Of a DNA stretch of 29,449 nucleotides, positions 8,098-17,164 are shown piece by piece. The stretch comes from Candidatus Limnocylindrales bacterium (GTDB taxonomy: Bacteria; Chloroflexota; Limnocylindria; Limnocylindrales; CSP1-4). Where the stretch lies: contig DATGGC010000052.1 of assembly GCA_035308745.1 (NCBI GenBank), positions 1 to 29,449 of the forward strand, in the 5' to 3' direction. Position numbers and translations under genes: made by a program. The notes under the pieces were generated by a model, which saw nothing but the letters and a program-made list of their open reading frames with translations, was not told where the DNA came from and made no database searches. The stretch's first letter is position 1, and each line of letters starts with the position of its first letter.

Positions 8098-10140
8098 CTA
8101 CTTGAGCACGATCTCCGTGGGCCAGGACTTGGCGCCCAGGCTGTCCTGCGGCCGGCCCAGCAGGTAGCCCTGGCCGTACGGGACCGCGAGGGAGCGAAGC
8201 GTCTGGAGTTCGGCCGTCGTTTCGATTCCCTCGGCGATGAGGCGAATTGAGCGCTTCCTGGCGAAGTACGACATCCCGGCAATCAGTGCCTGCCTGGCAG
8301 GATCCCCGTCGATTCCCCGAACGAGACCGATATCGAGCTTCACGAGGTCGGGTGCGAGCTCGAGGATGTGGCGGAAGCTGGCGTAGCCGGCCCCGGCATC
8401 ATCAACTGCGAGGCGGACCGTTGATCCAAGCGCTCGGAGCTCCGCCCGAAGGGTCGCGTAGTCATCGATCGCCACGTGCTCGGTGATCTCGATGACGATC
8501 GAACGGCCATTCCCTGCAAGGAGCGGCTGGAGCGATCCAGAGCCGATGAACGCCGGCGACGCGTTGAGGCTCAGGTACGCCTCGCGCGGCAGGCATCGCG
8601 CTGCGGCGTCCAGGGCCGCCCGCAGCGTCGCGGTCTCGAGCTCGATCGCGAGGCCAGCCCGGTTGGCCGCGGCGAACCGGGCGTCAGGCGGGACACGGTC
8701 GGCAAAGCGGGTGAGTGCCTCGTAGCCGGCGACGGCGCCGTTCTCGAGCTCGACGATCGGTTGGAAGAACGGCCGAAAAGCCGCCGTGTCGAGGACGGCC
8801 TGGATCACCGCCCGGCCCTCGGCGTCGCGTCGCCGGCCCTCGAGCTTCGGCGCCAGCTGGGCGCCCAGGATTGAGGCGAACGTGGCGAGGGCCGGGACGT
8901 GCTCCACGAGCGCGGCGGCGGTCAGCGGATCATGGCTCCCGATGCCCACGACCCCGACGATCCCTCGAGCGCCGCGCAGGGGCGCGTAGGCCATTGAGCG
9001 CAGCCCCGTCGAAGTCACGGCCTCGCTCCAGAACCCATCTTCCGGTTGAGGCCGCCAGTCCTCGAACCAGGGGCCGCCAGAGCCTCGCTCGAGGAGGTAA
9101 GTGAGCCGGCTCGGAGGGATCGCCCGGCCGGGCATGAAGGTCGGCCGGAGGCGCCCGGTCGCCGCCAGGATCGCCCCTTCGGTCTCATCGAGCCACGCGG
9201 CCCAGGTGGACTCGACGCCCGGGAGCTTGCCGATCACGGCGCAGGCCTCCGCCGCGGCCTCTTCCACCGAACCAGCAGGATCGATCTGCGCGAGCGCTGA
9301 TTCGATCGCTTCGCGCTCGTGGGCATCCCGGGCGCTTGAACGCTCGAGCGCGCGCTCGTGGGTGACATCGCGCTCGACCTGGACGTAGCTGGCGACCTGG
9401 CCAGCGCTGTCATGGATCGCGGAGATCACCGCCTCGATCTCGATCAGGGTGCCGTCCTTGCGCCGGTTGACGATCGTCCCGGTCCATGTCCTACCCGCGG
9501 CCGCCGACGTCCTGATGGCGACGAAGAAGGACGGCGGGTGCTCGCCGCTGTCGATCATCCCGCCGTGTCGTCCGACGATCTCTGCCGGCTGGTAGCCATA
9601 GGAGCGGGTGAAGGCGGCGTTGACGTAGGTCACGCGGCCGTCAAGGCTATGCATCGAGACGGCCTCGGCGGTCTGTTCGACTGCCGAGACGAGGCGGGTC
9701 CGTTCTTCCTCGGCGGCCCGGCGGACGCTGATGTCGCGGATCGCCGCGGTCACGAGGATTCCTTCGGCACTCTCGAGCGGGCTGAGCATGATCTCGATCG
9801 GGAACGTGCTGCCGTCCTTGCGCCGGGCGACGAGCTCCAGCCCGGAGCCGATCTGCTGGGCCAGCGCCTCGGCTGCCGACCGCAGGTCATCGGCGATCAG
9901 ACGCTCGGCGAAGCCCGCGGGGATGATGCTGGTGACCGGCTGGCCGAGCAGCTCGTCGCGTTGATACCCGAACTGCTTCTCGGCCTGGAGATTGACGAGG
10001 ACGATGTCGCCGGCGGCATCGACCACGACGATCGCGTCCGGGGCGGCCTCGAGGAGCCCGCGATATTTCGCGTCCGAACCGAAATCGAGGGCGCCCGGCC
10101 GCGGCTGGACGAGGACCGATCCGGAGGTCTGGGGTTTCAG
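8098..10140 (-). CDS. PAS-PAS(PAC)-GAF-EAL c-di-GMP phosphodiesterase, no GGDEF (start codon uncertain)
   Basis: YEALTRF, SLNASP, IEITE, AVDDAGAGYAS, VKLD and IAEGIET EAL motifs; two PAS domains with RKDG PAC motifs. The frame stays open upstream of GTG 10026 and encodes KYRGLLEAAPDAIVV. The only upstream NTG in frame is CTG at 10140. Confidence 0.88.
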   Translation of the reverse strand: MKPQTSGSVLVQPRPGALDFGSDAKYRGLLEAAPDAIVVVDAAGDIVLVNLQAEKQFGYQRDELLGQPVTSIIPAGFAERLIADDLRSAAEALAQQIGSGLELVARRKDGSTFPIEIMLSPLESAEGILVTAAIRDISVRRAAEEERTRLVSAVEQTAEAVSMHSLDGRVTYVNAAFTRSYGYQPAEIVGRHGGMIDSGEHPPSFFVAIRTSAAAGRTWTGTIVNRRKDGTLIEIEAVISAIHDSAGQVASYVQVERDVTHERALERSSARDAHEREAIESALAQIDPAGSVEEAAAEACAVIGKLPGVESTWAAWLDETEGAILAATGRLRPTFMPGRAIPPSRLTYLLERGSGGPWFEDWRPQPEDGFWSEAVTSTGLRSMAYAPLRGARGIVGVVGIGSHDPLTAAALVEHVPALATFASILGAQLAPKLEGRRRDAEGRAVIQAVLDTAAFRPFFQPIVELENGAVAGYEALTRFADRVPPDARFAAANRAGLAIELETATLRAALDAAARCLPREAYLSLNASPAFIGSGSLQPLLAGNGRSIVIEITEHVAIDDYATLRAELRALGSTVRLAVDDAGAGYASFRHILELAPDLVKLDIGLVRGIDGDPARQALIAGMSYFARKRSIRLIAEGIETTAELQTLRSLAVPYGQGYLLGRPQDSLGAKSWPTEIVLK

Positions 10141-10217
10141 AAGGTCAGGGATGGCGGGCCGCGTAGGATTCGAGTGCCACGTGGGTCCGATCTGGGCCGC
10201 GGTGCGCTCGGGTCGTG

Positions 10218-10245
10218 ACTATGGGCGCGTATCCGAGCGCGTCAA
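10218..10245 (-). promoter_or_regulatory. Putative sigma70-type promoter for the EAL gene
   Basis: TTGACG (10245-10240)-N16-CATAGT (10223-10218) on the minus strand. Confidence 0.5.
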
Positions 10246-10277
10246 GCCCTACCTGTGGTGCACGACGGGCTGTTCGC

Positions 10278-10306
10278 TTGACGCACCCACGGGCCGCGGC
10301 TAGTGT
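10278..10306 (+). promoter_or_regulatory. Sigma70-type promoter for the MFS gene
   Basis: TTGACG (10278-10283)-N17-TAGTGT (10301-10306). Confidence 0.7.
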
Positions 10307-10308
10307 CT

Positions 10309-10322
10309 TGCAATCGGTTGCA
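10309..10322. promoter_or_regulatory. LacI-family/cre-like operator
   Basis: TGCAATCGGTTGCA is a near-perfect 14-bp palindrome matching TGNAANCGNTTNCA and overlaps the predicted transcription start. Confidence 0.65.
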
Positions 10323-10344
10323 CAGGCGCCGGGTCGATCGAGCA

Positions 10345-11628
10345 ATGGACGAGCGTCGAATGGAAGGACCTGCGTCGCCGCTCGTCCCACCGGCCAATGA
10401 GGGCATCTTCGCCTCGCTGCGCCTGACCTCGTTCCGCTGGCTGTGGGCCTCGGGCCTGCTGAGCGGCTTTGGGATGTACTCGAGTGTGCTCGTGCTCAGC
10501 TGGCTGGCCCTGAGCACGCAAGGCTCAACCCTGGCCGTCGGCGTGCTGCTCGCGGCCCGCGTCCTGCCTCAACTCCTCTTCGGTCTTCAGGCTGGGGCAC
10601 TGGCGGACCGATTCTCGCGGTCGCACCTCGTGCTGGCGGCCAACGCCGGCTCGGGCGCGGTCATCGGGCTGCTCTGCCTCGCCTCGGTCGGGGGTGCCGT
10701 CGGCCTGCCGATTCTCGCCGGAGGCGCCTTCCTGGTCAGCATCTGCGATGCCATTCGAGTGACGGCGGCATCGGCGATGGCGTTTGACCTGGTCGGGCGC
10801 CGATCGGCGACGAATGCGATCGCCTTGAGCAACCTCGCAGCCCAGGTGTCCGGGATCTTTGCCGGAATCGTCGGCGGCTATGGGCTGGCTGCCCTTGGCC
10901 CGACCCCCACGTTGCTCCTGGCCGCGGTGGCCTACCTGGCCGGCGCCGTGCTCGTGCCGCGCGGCGTCCTGCCTGCCGCCGCCAAGGTCAGTGGAGCGCC
11001 CGTGTCCTTTGGCCGGGCCGCCGCCACGATCATCCGCAACCGGACGGTCGCCCTGATCGCGATCGTCGTCGCGGGGTCCGAGCTGTTCGCGTTCTCGAGC
11101 ATGACGCTCCTCCCGAGCTTCGCCCGCGACGTGTTCGGGATCGGCGCCGCCGGCCTGGGCTGGCTGTTGAGCGCACGGGCGGTCGGCGGCAGTGTCGGGC
11201 TCCTGGCGATCGCGACGACGTCGTCGCGCTGGCGAACGGTCGGCTCCTTCGCACTGCTCGCCGGAGTGTTCGGTGTCGCTCTCATCGCCTTCGCCGTCAC
11301 GCCGTTCCTGGGCGTCGCCCTGATCCTGGCTGCCGTCATCGGTGCCGCCGGTGGGGCGGTGGATGCGGTCGGGCAGGCGCAGCTGCAGCACGCTGTCTCC
11401 GCGGAGCAGCGGGGCTCGGCGATGGGCGTCTGGATGTTCTGCGTCGGGCTTGGCCTGGCCGGGCACATCGAGACCGGACTCCTCGGTGGATTCCTGGGCG
11501 CTCCGTTTGCACAGGGCCTGAACGGGTCCGTTCTGGTCGTGCTCGCTCTGATCGTCGGTGCGGCGCTGCCCGCGATCTCGTCACGCCGCCTGGGATCCGC
11601 CAACCTCGGACCCGACTCGACCGGGTGA
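10345..11628 (+). CDS. MFS transporter (12 TM, EntS/DHA3-like)
   Basis: IFASLRLTSFRWLW N-terminus, GALADRFSRSHL motif A, 12 hydrophobic segments, EQRGSAMG. Start is ATG 10345 or 10360. Confidence 0.92.
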   Translation: MDERRMEGPASPLVPPANEGIFASLRLTSFRWLWASGLLSGFGMYSSVLVLSWLALSTQGSTLAVGVLLAARVLPQLLFGLQAGALADRFSRSHLVLAANAGSGAVIGLLCLASVGGAVGLPILAGGAFLVSICDAIRVTAASAMAFDLVGRRSATNAIALSNLAAQVSGIFAGIVGGYGLAALGPTPTLLLAAVAYLAGAVLVPRGVLPAAAKVSGAPVSFGRAAATIIRNRTVALIAIVVAGSELFAFSSMTLLPSFARDVFGIGAAGLGWLLSARAVGGSVGLLAIATTSSRWRTVGSFALLAGVFGVALIAFAVTPFLGVALILAAVIGAAGGAVDAVGQAQLQHAVSAEQRGSAMGVWMFCVGLGLAGHIETGLLGGFLGAPFAQGLNGSVLVVLALIVGAALPAISSRRLGSANLGPDSTG

Positions 11629-11702
11629 CAAGCCTCGACCCACCACCACGGGCTACCCGACGCCGTTCCGGGTATCGCACCGAGGTTGGCCCGATCTGAA
11701 TG

Positions 11703-12542
11703 TCAGGCCGCGGGCGGCCCTGCCTCGATGCGCCTTCGGAGCGACTCGACGGTGGCGTCTTGCCAGTCGGCCTCGATCCACCACGTGGCCCCGGCCTCGA
11801 TCCATGGCCTGACGGTGGCCGCGGCGGCTTCGCGATCACTCGCCGACGAGGTGCCCTGGGCGATGATTTCGAACGGCCGGCCGTGCTCGCCGGCGGGTCG
11901 TTCTCGCGTCGCGTAGGCCGCGATCGCCTTGATGTGCTCTGGTCGAAGGTCGACTGGGCCGCCGGTGTCGTCGTGGGCCTGGGGAATGATCCCGTCCCAC
12001 CGAATGGCCCGGTGCATCGATCGCTCCCGGGGCCACGCCGCGACAACCCAGATGGGCACCCTGGGGCGCTGGATGGGTGTGGGCAGGAACGTCATCTCTG
12101 GGAACGAGAAATGACGCCCGGCGAAGCTGAACGGCCGGCCCGACCACAGGCCCGTCAGGATCTCGAGGGATTCATCGAGAAGCTCGGCTCGGGTCCGGAC
12201 GTCGGTCGGTTCGCCGACCGGACCGAAGCCCGCATCGTCGAGCACCCCAAGGCCCACCGGTAGGACCAATCGGCCGCTCGAGAGTCGGTCGAGGGTCATC
12301 GCCTCTCGGGCCAGCTTCCACGGGCGCCGCCGCGCCGGCGGGGTGATGATCGCGCCAAATCGGACCCGGCTGGTCCGCTCGGCCACCGCGGCCATCACGA
12401 CCCAGGGGTCATACAGCTCCATCGACCCGATCGCGATGGCGTCGAAGTAGAACACGCCATCCCAGCCCGCAGACTCGGCCGCGGCCGCCAATTCGGCAAC
12501 GGTTCGTGGATCGCCGACCGTGAGGATCACTCCGTAGTGCAT
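11703..12542 (-). CDS. LLM-class (luciferase-like) flavin/F420-dependent oxidoreductase
   Basis: AAESAGWDGVFYFD, DPWVVMAAVAERTSRVRFG, RRPWKLAREAMTLDRLSSGRLVLPVGLG, PIQRPRVPIWV. Confidence 0.92.
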   Translation of the reverse strand: MHYGVILTVGDPRTVAELAAAAESAGWDGVFYFDAIAIGSMELYDPWVVMAAVAERTSRVRFGAIITPPARRRPWKLAREAMTLDRLSSGRLVLPVGLGVLDDAGFGPVGEPTDVRTRAELLDESLEILTGLWSGRPFSFAGRHFSFPEMTFLPTPIQRPRVPIWVVAAWPRERSMHRAIRWDGIIPQAHDDTGGPVDLRPEHIKAIAAYATRERPAGEHGRPFEIIAQGTSSASDREAAAATVRPWIEAGATWWIEADWQDATVESLRRRIEAGPPAA

Positions 12543-12739
12543 CCAGGAATCTTATCGGGGTGCCGGGCCGTTCTTTCCGGCTCGCCACCGTTGAGGCCGG
12601 CCAGCCAGGTCGTCGCAACGAGTTGGACCGTATAGTGAAAACAGGCGGTCCTGACGGGTGCCCAGGTGCGGCCCGGCGGCCCGACCCGCCGGCGCACCCA
12701 CCACCCAGCGACCACCTGAAGCCACAGAGGACTCGAGCC

Positions 12740-13048
12740 ATGCCGACGAAGATCACGGTGATCTACGAGAACCCCCAGGATGCGGATGCCTTCGAGGCCG
12801 GGTACCCCGAACAGCGCGCACTCGCGCTCCAGATCCCCGGGGTCCAGCGGGTCGAGAGCGCGAAGGTGTGGCCCAAGGAGGACGGCAGCCCAACCCCGGC
12901 CTACCGCCTCTTTGAGATGTACTTCACGGGCTACGACGAAGCCAGTCAAGCCGTCAGGACGGCACAGGCAGGTGCGTTTGTTGGCAAGGTCCGCGAGCTT
13001 GCGACAGGCGGCATGCGGATTGTGTTCGCGGACATCGAGGAGTCTTGA
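12740..13048 (+). CDS. EthD-family small dimeric alpha/beta-barrel protein
   Basis: AGAGGA SD before ATG 12740; KITVIYENPQDADAFEAGY..LALQIPG..YRLFEMYF pattern. Confidence 0.85.
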   Translation: MPTKITVIYENPQDADAFEAGYPEQRALALQIPGVQRVESAKVWPKEDGSPTPAYRLFEMYFTGYDEASQAVRTAQAGAFVGKVRELATGGMRIVFADIEES

Positions 13049-13092
13049 GGGGTCCTGATCCTGTCCGATCGGACTAGCATCTCGCGGATGAT

Positions 13093-14592
13093 GTGACCGT
13101 AGCCCAGGCATCCGCACGCTGGCGCATCAGGTTGAGCGTCCCCTGGCCGGTCCTCCTCGTCGCGGGCCTGATGGTCGCGCTCCTGCTCGCGGTGTCGAGC
13201 GCTTACGGCTTCCACGGCGACGAGATGTACTTCGTCGTCGCGGGCCAGCACCCTGCCTTCGGCTACGTCGACCAGCCGCCGCTGACGCCGCTGCTCTCGG
13301 CTGCCTCAGTCGCGATCCTGGGCGTCTCGCCGACCGCCGTCCGAGTCCTGCCCGCGCTCGAGATGGGCGTGATCTCGGTGCTGATCGCGCTCATCGCCCG
13401 GGACCTGGGCGGTTCGCGCCGAGCCCAGGTCCTTGCAGCGATCACGGCAGCGATCTCGGGCTATCTCGGGGCCGGCCATCTGGACACGACCACCGACCCT
13501 GACTTGCTGGCCTGGGCGCTCATCCTGTGGCTGCTGGTCGAGCTGCTCGCCGGTGGTGATCGACGGCTTTGGCTGGGTGTAGGGGTGGTCGCCGGGATCG
13601 GCCTCGAGAACAAGGACACGCTCCTGTTCCTGGGCGCGGGGTTGGCGGTCGGGCTTCTCGTCAGCAGGCGATGGGATGTCGTGCGCTCGCCGTGGGCCTG
13701 GGCGGCGGTCGGCATCGCCCTCCTCCTTTGGGCGCCGAACCTCGCCTGGGAGGCGCTGAATGGCTGGCCGCAATTGACGATGGCCCAGGCGATCTCCGGC
13801 TACGCCGGCGACAACCGCTCGCAGTTCATCCCCCTCCTGTGGCTGTTCACCGGCCCGCTCCTCTTCCCGGTCAGCGCCGCGGGTCTGGTTTGGGTGTTCC
13901 GAGCCAAGGACGCGGCGCCCTGGCGCTCGATTGGGATTGGAGCGCTGGTCGCACTTGCCCTGGTCTACGCGAGCGGCGGCAAGGCCTACTACGTGATCGG
14001 GAGCGTGCCGATCTTCATTGCCGCTGGCGCGACCGTCACGGACCGCTGGCTCGCCCGGGGGCATTTCCGCCTCAAGCTCGGAAGCTTCGCCGTTGCAGCC
14101 GCCCTGTCGGGCGCCCTCATCGCCCTGTTGACCCTGCCCGTGCTGCCGGTCGCGACGTTCGCGACGTCCTCGCTTCCGGCAACCGTGCCTGACACGGCCA
14201 ACCAGATCGGCTGGCCGCAGTTCGTGGCGACTGTAGAAGGCGTCGTCGCCGCACTGCCGGCGGACGAACAGGGCCGGGCGGTCATCTTGACCAACGACTA
14301 CAGCGAGGCCAGCCCGCTGATCCTGCTCGGCCATGACCTGCCGCCCGTCTACTCGGGCCACAACGGGTACTGGGCGTGGGGGCCACCGCCGGCCGATCGA
14401 ACGGTCGTGATCCACGTCGGCGACTGGCGGCCGGCCGACTACAGCCAGTTCTTCACGGGCTGCACGGTCGCCGCGACGATCGACAACGGCCTCGGCATCG
14501 TGAACGGCGAGCAAGGCGAAGCCGTGACCGTGTGCACGGGCCTCCGTGCGCCATGGACCTCGATGTGGCCCGCGCTGAGGACGATCTCCTAG
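13093..14592 (+). CDS. GT-C glycosyltransferase, GT39/ArnT (PMT_2)-like
   Basis: GFHGDEMYF..GYVDQPPL first-loop motif, about 11 TM helices, GGKAYY, and a C-terminal extracytoplasmic domain (NDYSEA..SGHNGYWAWGPP). Confidence 0.88.
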   Translation: MTVAQASARWRIRLSVPWPVLLVAGLMVALLLAVSSAYGFHGDEMYFVVAGQHPAFGYVDQPPLTPLLSAASVAILGVSPTAVRVLPALEMGVISVLIALIARDLGGSRRAQVLAAITAAISGYLGAGHLDTTTDPDLLAWALILWLLVELLAGGDRRLWLGVGVVAGIGLENKDTLLFLGAGLAVGLLVSRRWDVVRSPWAWAAVGIALLLWAPNLAWEALNGWPQLTMAQAISGYAGDNRSQFIPLLWLFTGPLLFPVSAAGLVWVFRAKDAAPWRSIGIGALVALALVYASGGKAYYVIGSVPIFIAAGATVTDRWLARGHFRLKLGSFAVAAALSGALIALLTLPVLPVATFATSSLPATVPDTANQIGWPQFVATVEGVVAALPADEQGRAVILTNDYSEASPLILLGHDLPPVYSGHNGYWAWGPPPADRTVVIHVGDWRPADYSQFFTGCTVAATIDNGLGIVNGEQGEAVTVCTGLRAPWTSMWPALRTIS

Positions 14593-14631
14593 GTCCCCGT
14601 CGGCATGGTGGCGGAGCCCCGGGGCGAACGA

Positions 14632-15624
14632 TCAGTAGCTGATCGGCTCGCGAGCGCAGGCGCCGGCGAGGCAGGGTAGCCCCAGAACGTCCTCGATCGT
14701 GCGCAGCAGACTCAGATGGTCGGCGTAGGCATTGGTTCTGAACCCGGCTGGCATCCCCGGCGCGATGATCAGGGTGGCGATGTGGCCGCCGTCATCGCCG
14801 AACGAGCCGGCATTGGTCGATCCTTCGTCGAAGGTGATGAACAGCGCCGAACCGGGGACAAACGCCGGGCTCGACGTGATGCCCGGGATGAAGGCCCGCA
14901 GGAACGCATCGCCCTGGGCGATCGTCCCGTTGTGCATGTCGTTGGTCAGGTTCGGCACGATCAGCTCGAACCGCGCGGCGGTCGGATCGAACAGGCGCAG
15001 GGGCTGGATATTCGCGCACTGGGCGGGATCACTCGAGATCGCGCTGAAGTTGATGGCGGGATTGTGGCGTCGGACGTACGTGCCCGGGCTCCCGGGTCCG
15101 TCCGCGCCGCCAGTCGCCTCGACGCCGGTGTAACAGCCGGACGGATCGTCCTGGGCGAACACCCGCCACGGTTGGGCGTTGTCGTTGAGCTGGCTGAAGA
15201 TGGTGGGACCAGCCAGGTTGTAGGGCGAGTCGGTGGTCACACCGAGCGTTGACCCGGCCACGAGGGCGACGTAGTTCAGGAGCGAATGGTGGCCGGTGGC
15301 GAAGAAGTTGGTTGCCAATCCGTACGTCGCGGCCAACCCATTGAGATACGGCGCATCGGGGCTGCCAAGGACCGTCGAGTCCTCCTTGTTCTCCATGATG
15401 ATCAGCCACGCGCGATGAACGACACCGGAGGGCAGCGGGGCGGCGCTGGCGGGCAGTGGCGATGCGGCCACCGGCAAGGATGGTCCCACCGCGATACCCG
15501 ACGGTGATCCGCGGTCGGCGGGCGCGAACGGGGGCAAGGACGCGACCAGGAGGCCCAGGATCGCCGCCAGGATGACGACACCCACGAACGGCCCCAGGCG
15601 GCGGTAGGCGGGCGGCCTATCCAT
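14632..15624 (-). CDS. Membrane-anchored extracytoplasmic phosphoesterase (acid phosphatase/phospholipase C family, SapM/AcpA-like)
   Basis: N-terminal TM and PS-rich linker; IIMEN, HSLLNYVAL (Ser nucleophile region), RRHNPA, NDMH, ITFDE, HLSLLRTIED. Confidence 0.87.
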   Translation of the reverse strand: MDRPPAYRRLGPFVGVVILAAILGLLVASLPPFAPADRGSPSGIAVGPSLPVAASPLPASAAPLPSGVVHRAWLIIMENKEDSTVLGSPDAPYLNGLAATYGLATNFFATGHHSLLNYVALVAGSTLGVTTDSPYNLAGPTIFSQLNDNAQPWRVFAQDDPSGCYTGVEATGGADGPGSPGTYVRRHNPAINFSAISSDPAQCANIQPLRLFDPTAARFELIVPNLTNDMHNGTIAQGDAFLRAFIPGITSSPAFVPGSALFITFDEGSTNAGSFGDDGGHIATLIIAPGMPAGFRTNAYADHLSLLRTIEDVLGLPCLAGACAREPISY

Positions 15625-15666
15625 GGCAGTAGCGCAGATTGGCCTCTTCCTTGGGGATTGGTCGCG

Positions 15667-15698
15667 AGGCTACCGGCGGAACCTGAGCGCCACATGAA
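15667..15698 (-). promoter_or_regulatory. OmpR-family direct-repeat box plus -10 for the phosphoesterase gene
   Basis: Minus strand: TTCATGT-ggcg-CTCAGGT-tccgccgg-TAGCCT. Confidence 0.72.
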
Positions 15699-15711
15699 CG
15701 GACCTGCCCGG

Positions 15712-15743
15712 CTCAGGTAACCCTCAGGTTCAGCGCCCAGTCT
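15712..15743 (+). promoter_or_regulatory. OmpR-family direct-repeat box plus -10 for the GT87-Kelch-YVTN operon
   Basis: CTCAGGT-aacc-CTCAGGT-tcagcgcc-CAGTCT. Confidence 0.75.
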
Positions 15744-15751
15744 CGGCGTGG

Positions 15752-17164
15752 ATGGCAGCAAGCGGATCTACGTGGGGGCCGCCCCGCACGGCCGCGATAC
15801 GAGGCCTGACCTGGCTCCTGCCTGTCGTCGGCCTGGTCGTCGCGAGCGTAGGGGCGACAGGCCGTCCATTGGGCATGCCGGCGGCGCTGGCGCCTGTCGC
15901 AATTGCCGGGCCGGTCGTCCTTGCCGGAGCAGCCTGGCTGCTCGGCCTCAGGCTGGGACACGCAAGGTGGCTGCCTCTCGCCGTGCTTGGCATTGCCGTG
16001 CTCGGCATCATCGCGGCCCTGATCCTGCCAGGGCTCCTGGCGGACGTCACGCGGACGCGCGCACGACTCGAGCTGGATAGCGCGGCGGCCGGGGTCGTCG
16101 CCGTGGGCATCGTGATCGGCCACGTCCGCGGGAGGCGGCCCAGCTCGCTCGATCTTCTCGTCGGGATCGCCCTCGTTGCGATGGTGATCACGGACCTCGC
16201 GATCGTCCATTCGGTCTATCAACGGGACCTCAACCTGTACCTCGATGCCGGGCACGACTTCCTCGCTGGTCGGCCGGTCTACGCCCAGGTTCCACTGACG
16301 GTCGCGCCGGCCGACCTCACCCAACTGCCCTTCGTCTATCCGCCGGTCACGCTGCCGCTGTTCGCCGCCCTGGCTGCGTTGCCGCAGCCCCTGGTCTCCG
16401 TTTTCTGGCTCGTCCTGCAACTGCTCGCGGCCTTCGCGGCGATCCGGCTCGTCGGGGTGCCCTCGCGCTGGGCGGGCGTGCTGCTCCTGTGGCCGCCCTT
16501 TGTGCAGGGTGTCTGGGTCGGCAATGTGGCGATCTGGATGGTTCTGATCTTTGCCCTCGTTCCATTTCGTCGATTCGTCGTGGGGCTGCCCGCGATGTTC
16601 AAGTTCCAGGCGGGCGTCGCCGGCCTGTGGCTGATCAGGGAGCGGGATTGGAACGCGCTCGGTGGGGCCATCGGGCTCGTGATTGCACTTGTGCTGATCA
16701 CCCTTCCGCTCGTCGGGATCGGGGCCTGGTCCAACTGGTATCACGGGTTGCTCGCGTTTCAACGGACGACCGTCAATATTCCGGGGATCCGCGGGCTGGC
16801 ACTCTCGCGCTGGATCGGTGAGCTTCTCGCCCTGACGCTCGCGGTCGCGATCGCCGGGATCAGCCTGTGGGCCGGACGCCGGGCCAGCCTCGCCAACCTT
16901 GGATTGGCTGGCGTCGCGGTGTCACCAACGCTGTACCTCCATGGCCTGACCCTCGCGCTGCCAGGATTCCTGCAGCTTCGGGCTGCGGTGTTCTGGTTGC
17001 TCCTCATCGGCACGTTCAGCACGGGTCTGAAGGGCTGGCTCTGGCTGATCCTCCTGGTGGCGGCGCTCGCGCCGGTCATTCCGCAATTGCGGCACCAGCC
17101 GTCCGAAGCCGAATCGGATTGGCAGCCACTCGGCCGGTCGGACGGCCCGTGGCCGGCTTCGTGA
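15752..17164 (+). CDS. GT-C glycosyltransferase family 87 (DUF2029)-like
   Basis: RDLNLYLDAGHDFLAGRPVY..PFVYPP loop motif, GNV..W, K-F-Q motif, multiple TM helices, and an extra N-terminal 4-TM region. Confidence 0.85.
   Translation: MAASGSTWGPPRTAAIRGLTWLLPVVGLVVASVGATGRPLGMPAALAPVAIAGPVVLAGAAWLLGLRLGHARWLPLAVLGIAVLGIIAALILPGLLADVTRTRARLELDSAAAGVVAVGIVIGHVRGRRPSSLDLLVGIALVAMVITDLAIVHSVYQRDLNLYLDAGHDFLAGRPVYAQVPLTVAPADLTQLPFVYPPVTLPLFAALAALPQPLVSVFWLVLQLLAAFAAIRLVGVPSRWAGVLLLWPPFVQGVWVGNVAIWMVLIFALVPFRRFVVGLPAMFKFQAGVAGLWLIRERDWNALGGAIGLVIALVLITLPLVGIGAWSNWYHGLLAFQRTTVNIPGIRGLALSRWIGELLALTLAVAIAGISLWAGRRASLANLGLAGVAVSPTLYLHGLTLALPGFLQLRAAVFWLLLIGTFSTGLKGWLWLILLVAALAPVIPQLRHQPSEAESDWQPLGRSDGPWPAS

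Noticed and set aside
13049-13092. Regulator box upstream of the 13093 GT39 gene
   Set aside because: No YTCAKGT repeat 8 nt upstream of its TAGCAT -10, so its membership in the regulon rests on proximity only.
14593-14631. Intrinsic terminators between convergent genes (also 6769-6781, 23076-23088, 26091-26106)
   Set aside because: No clear stem-loop followed by a U-tract.
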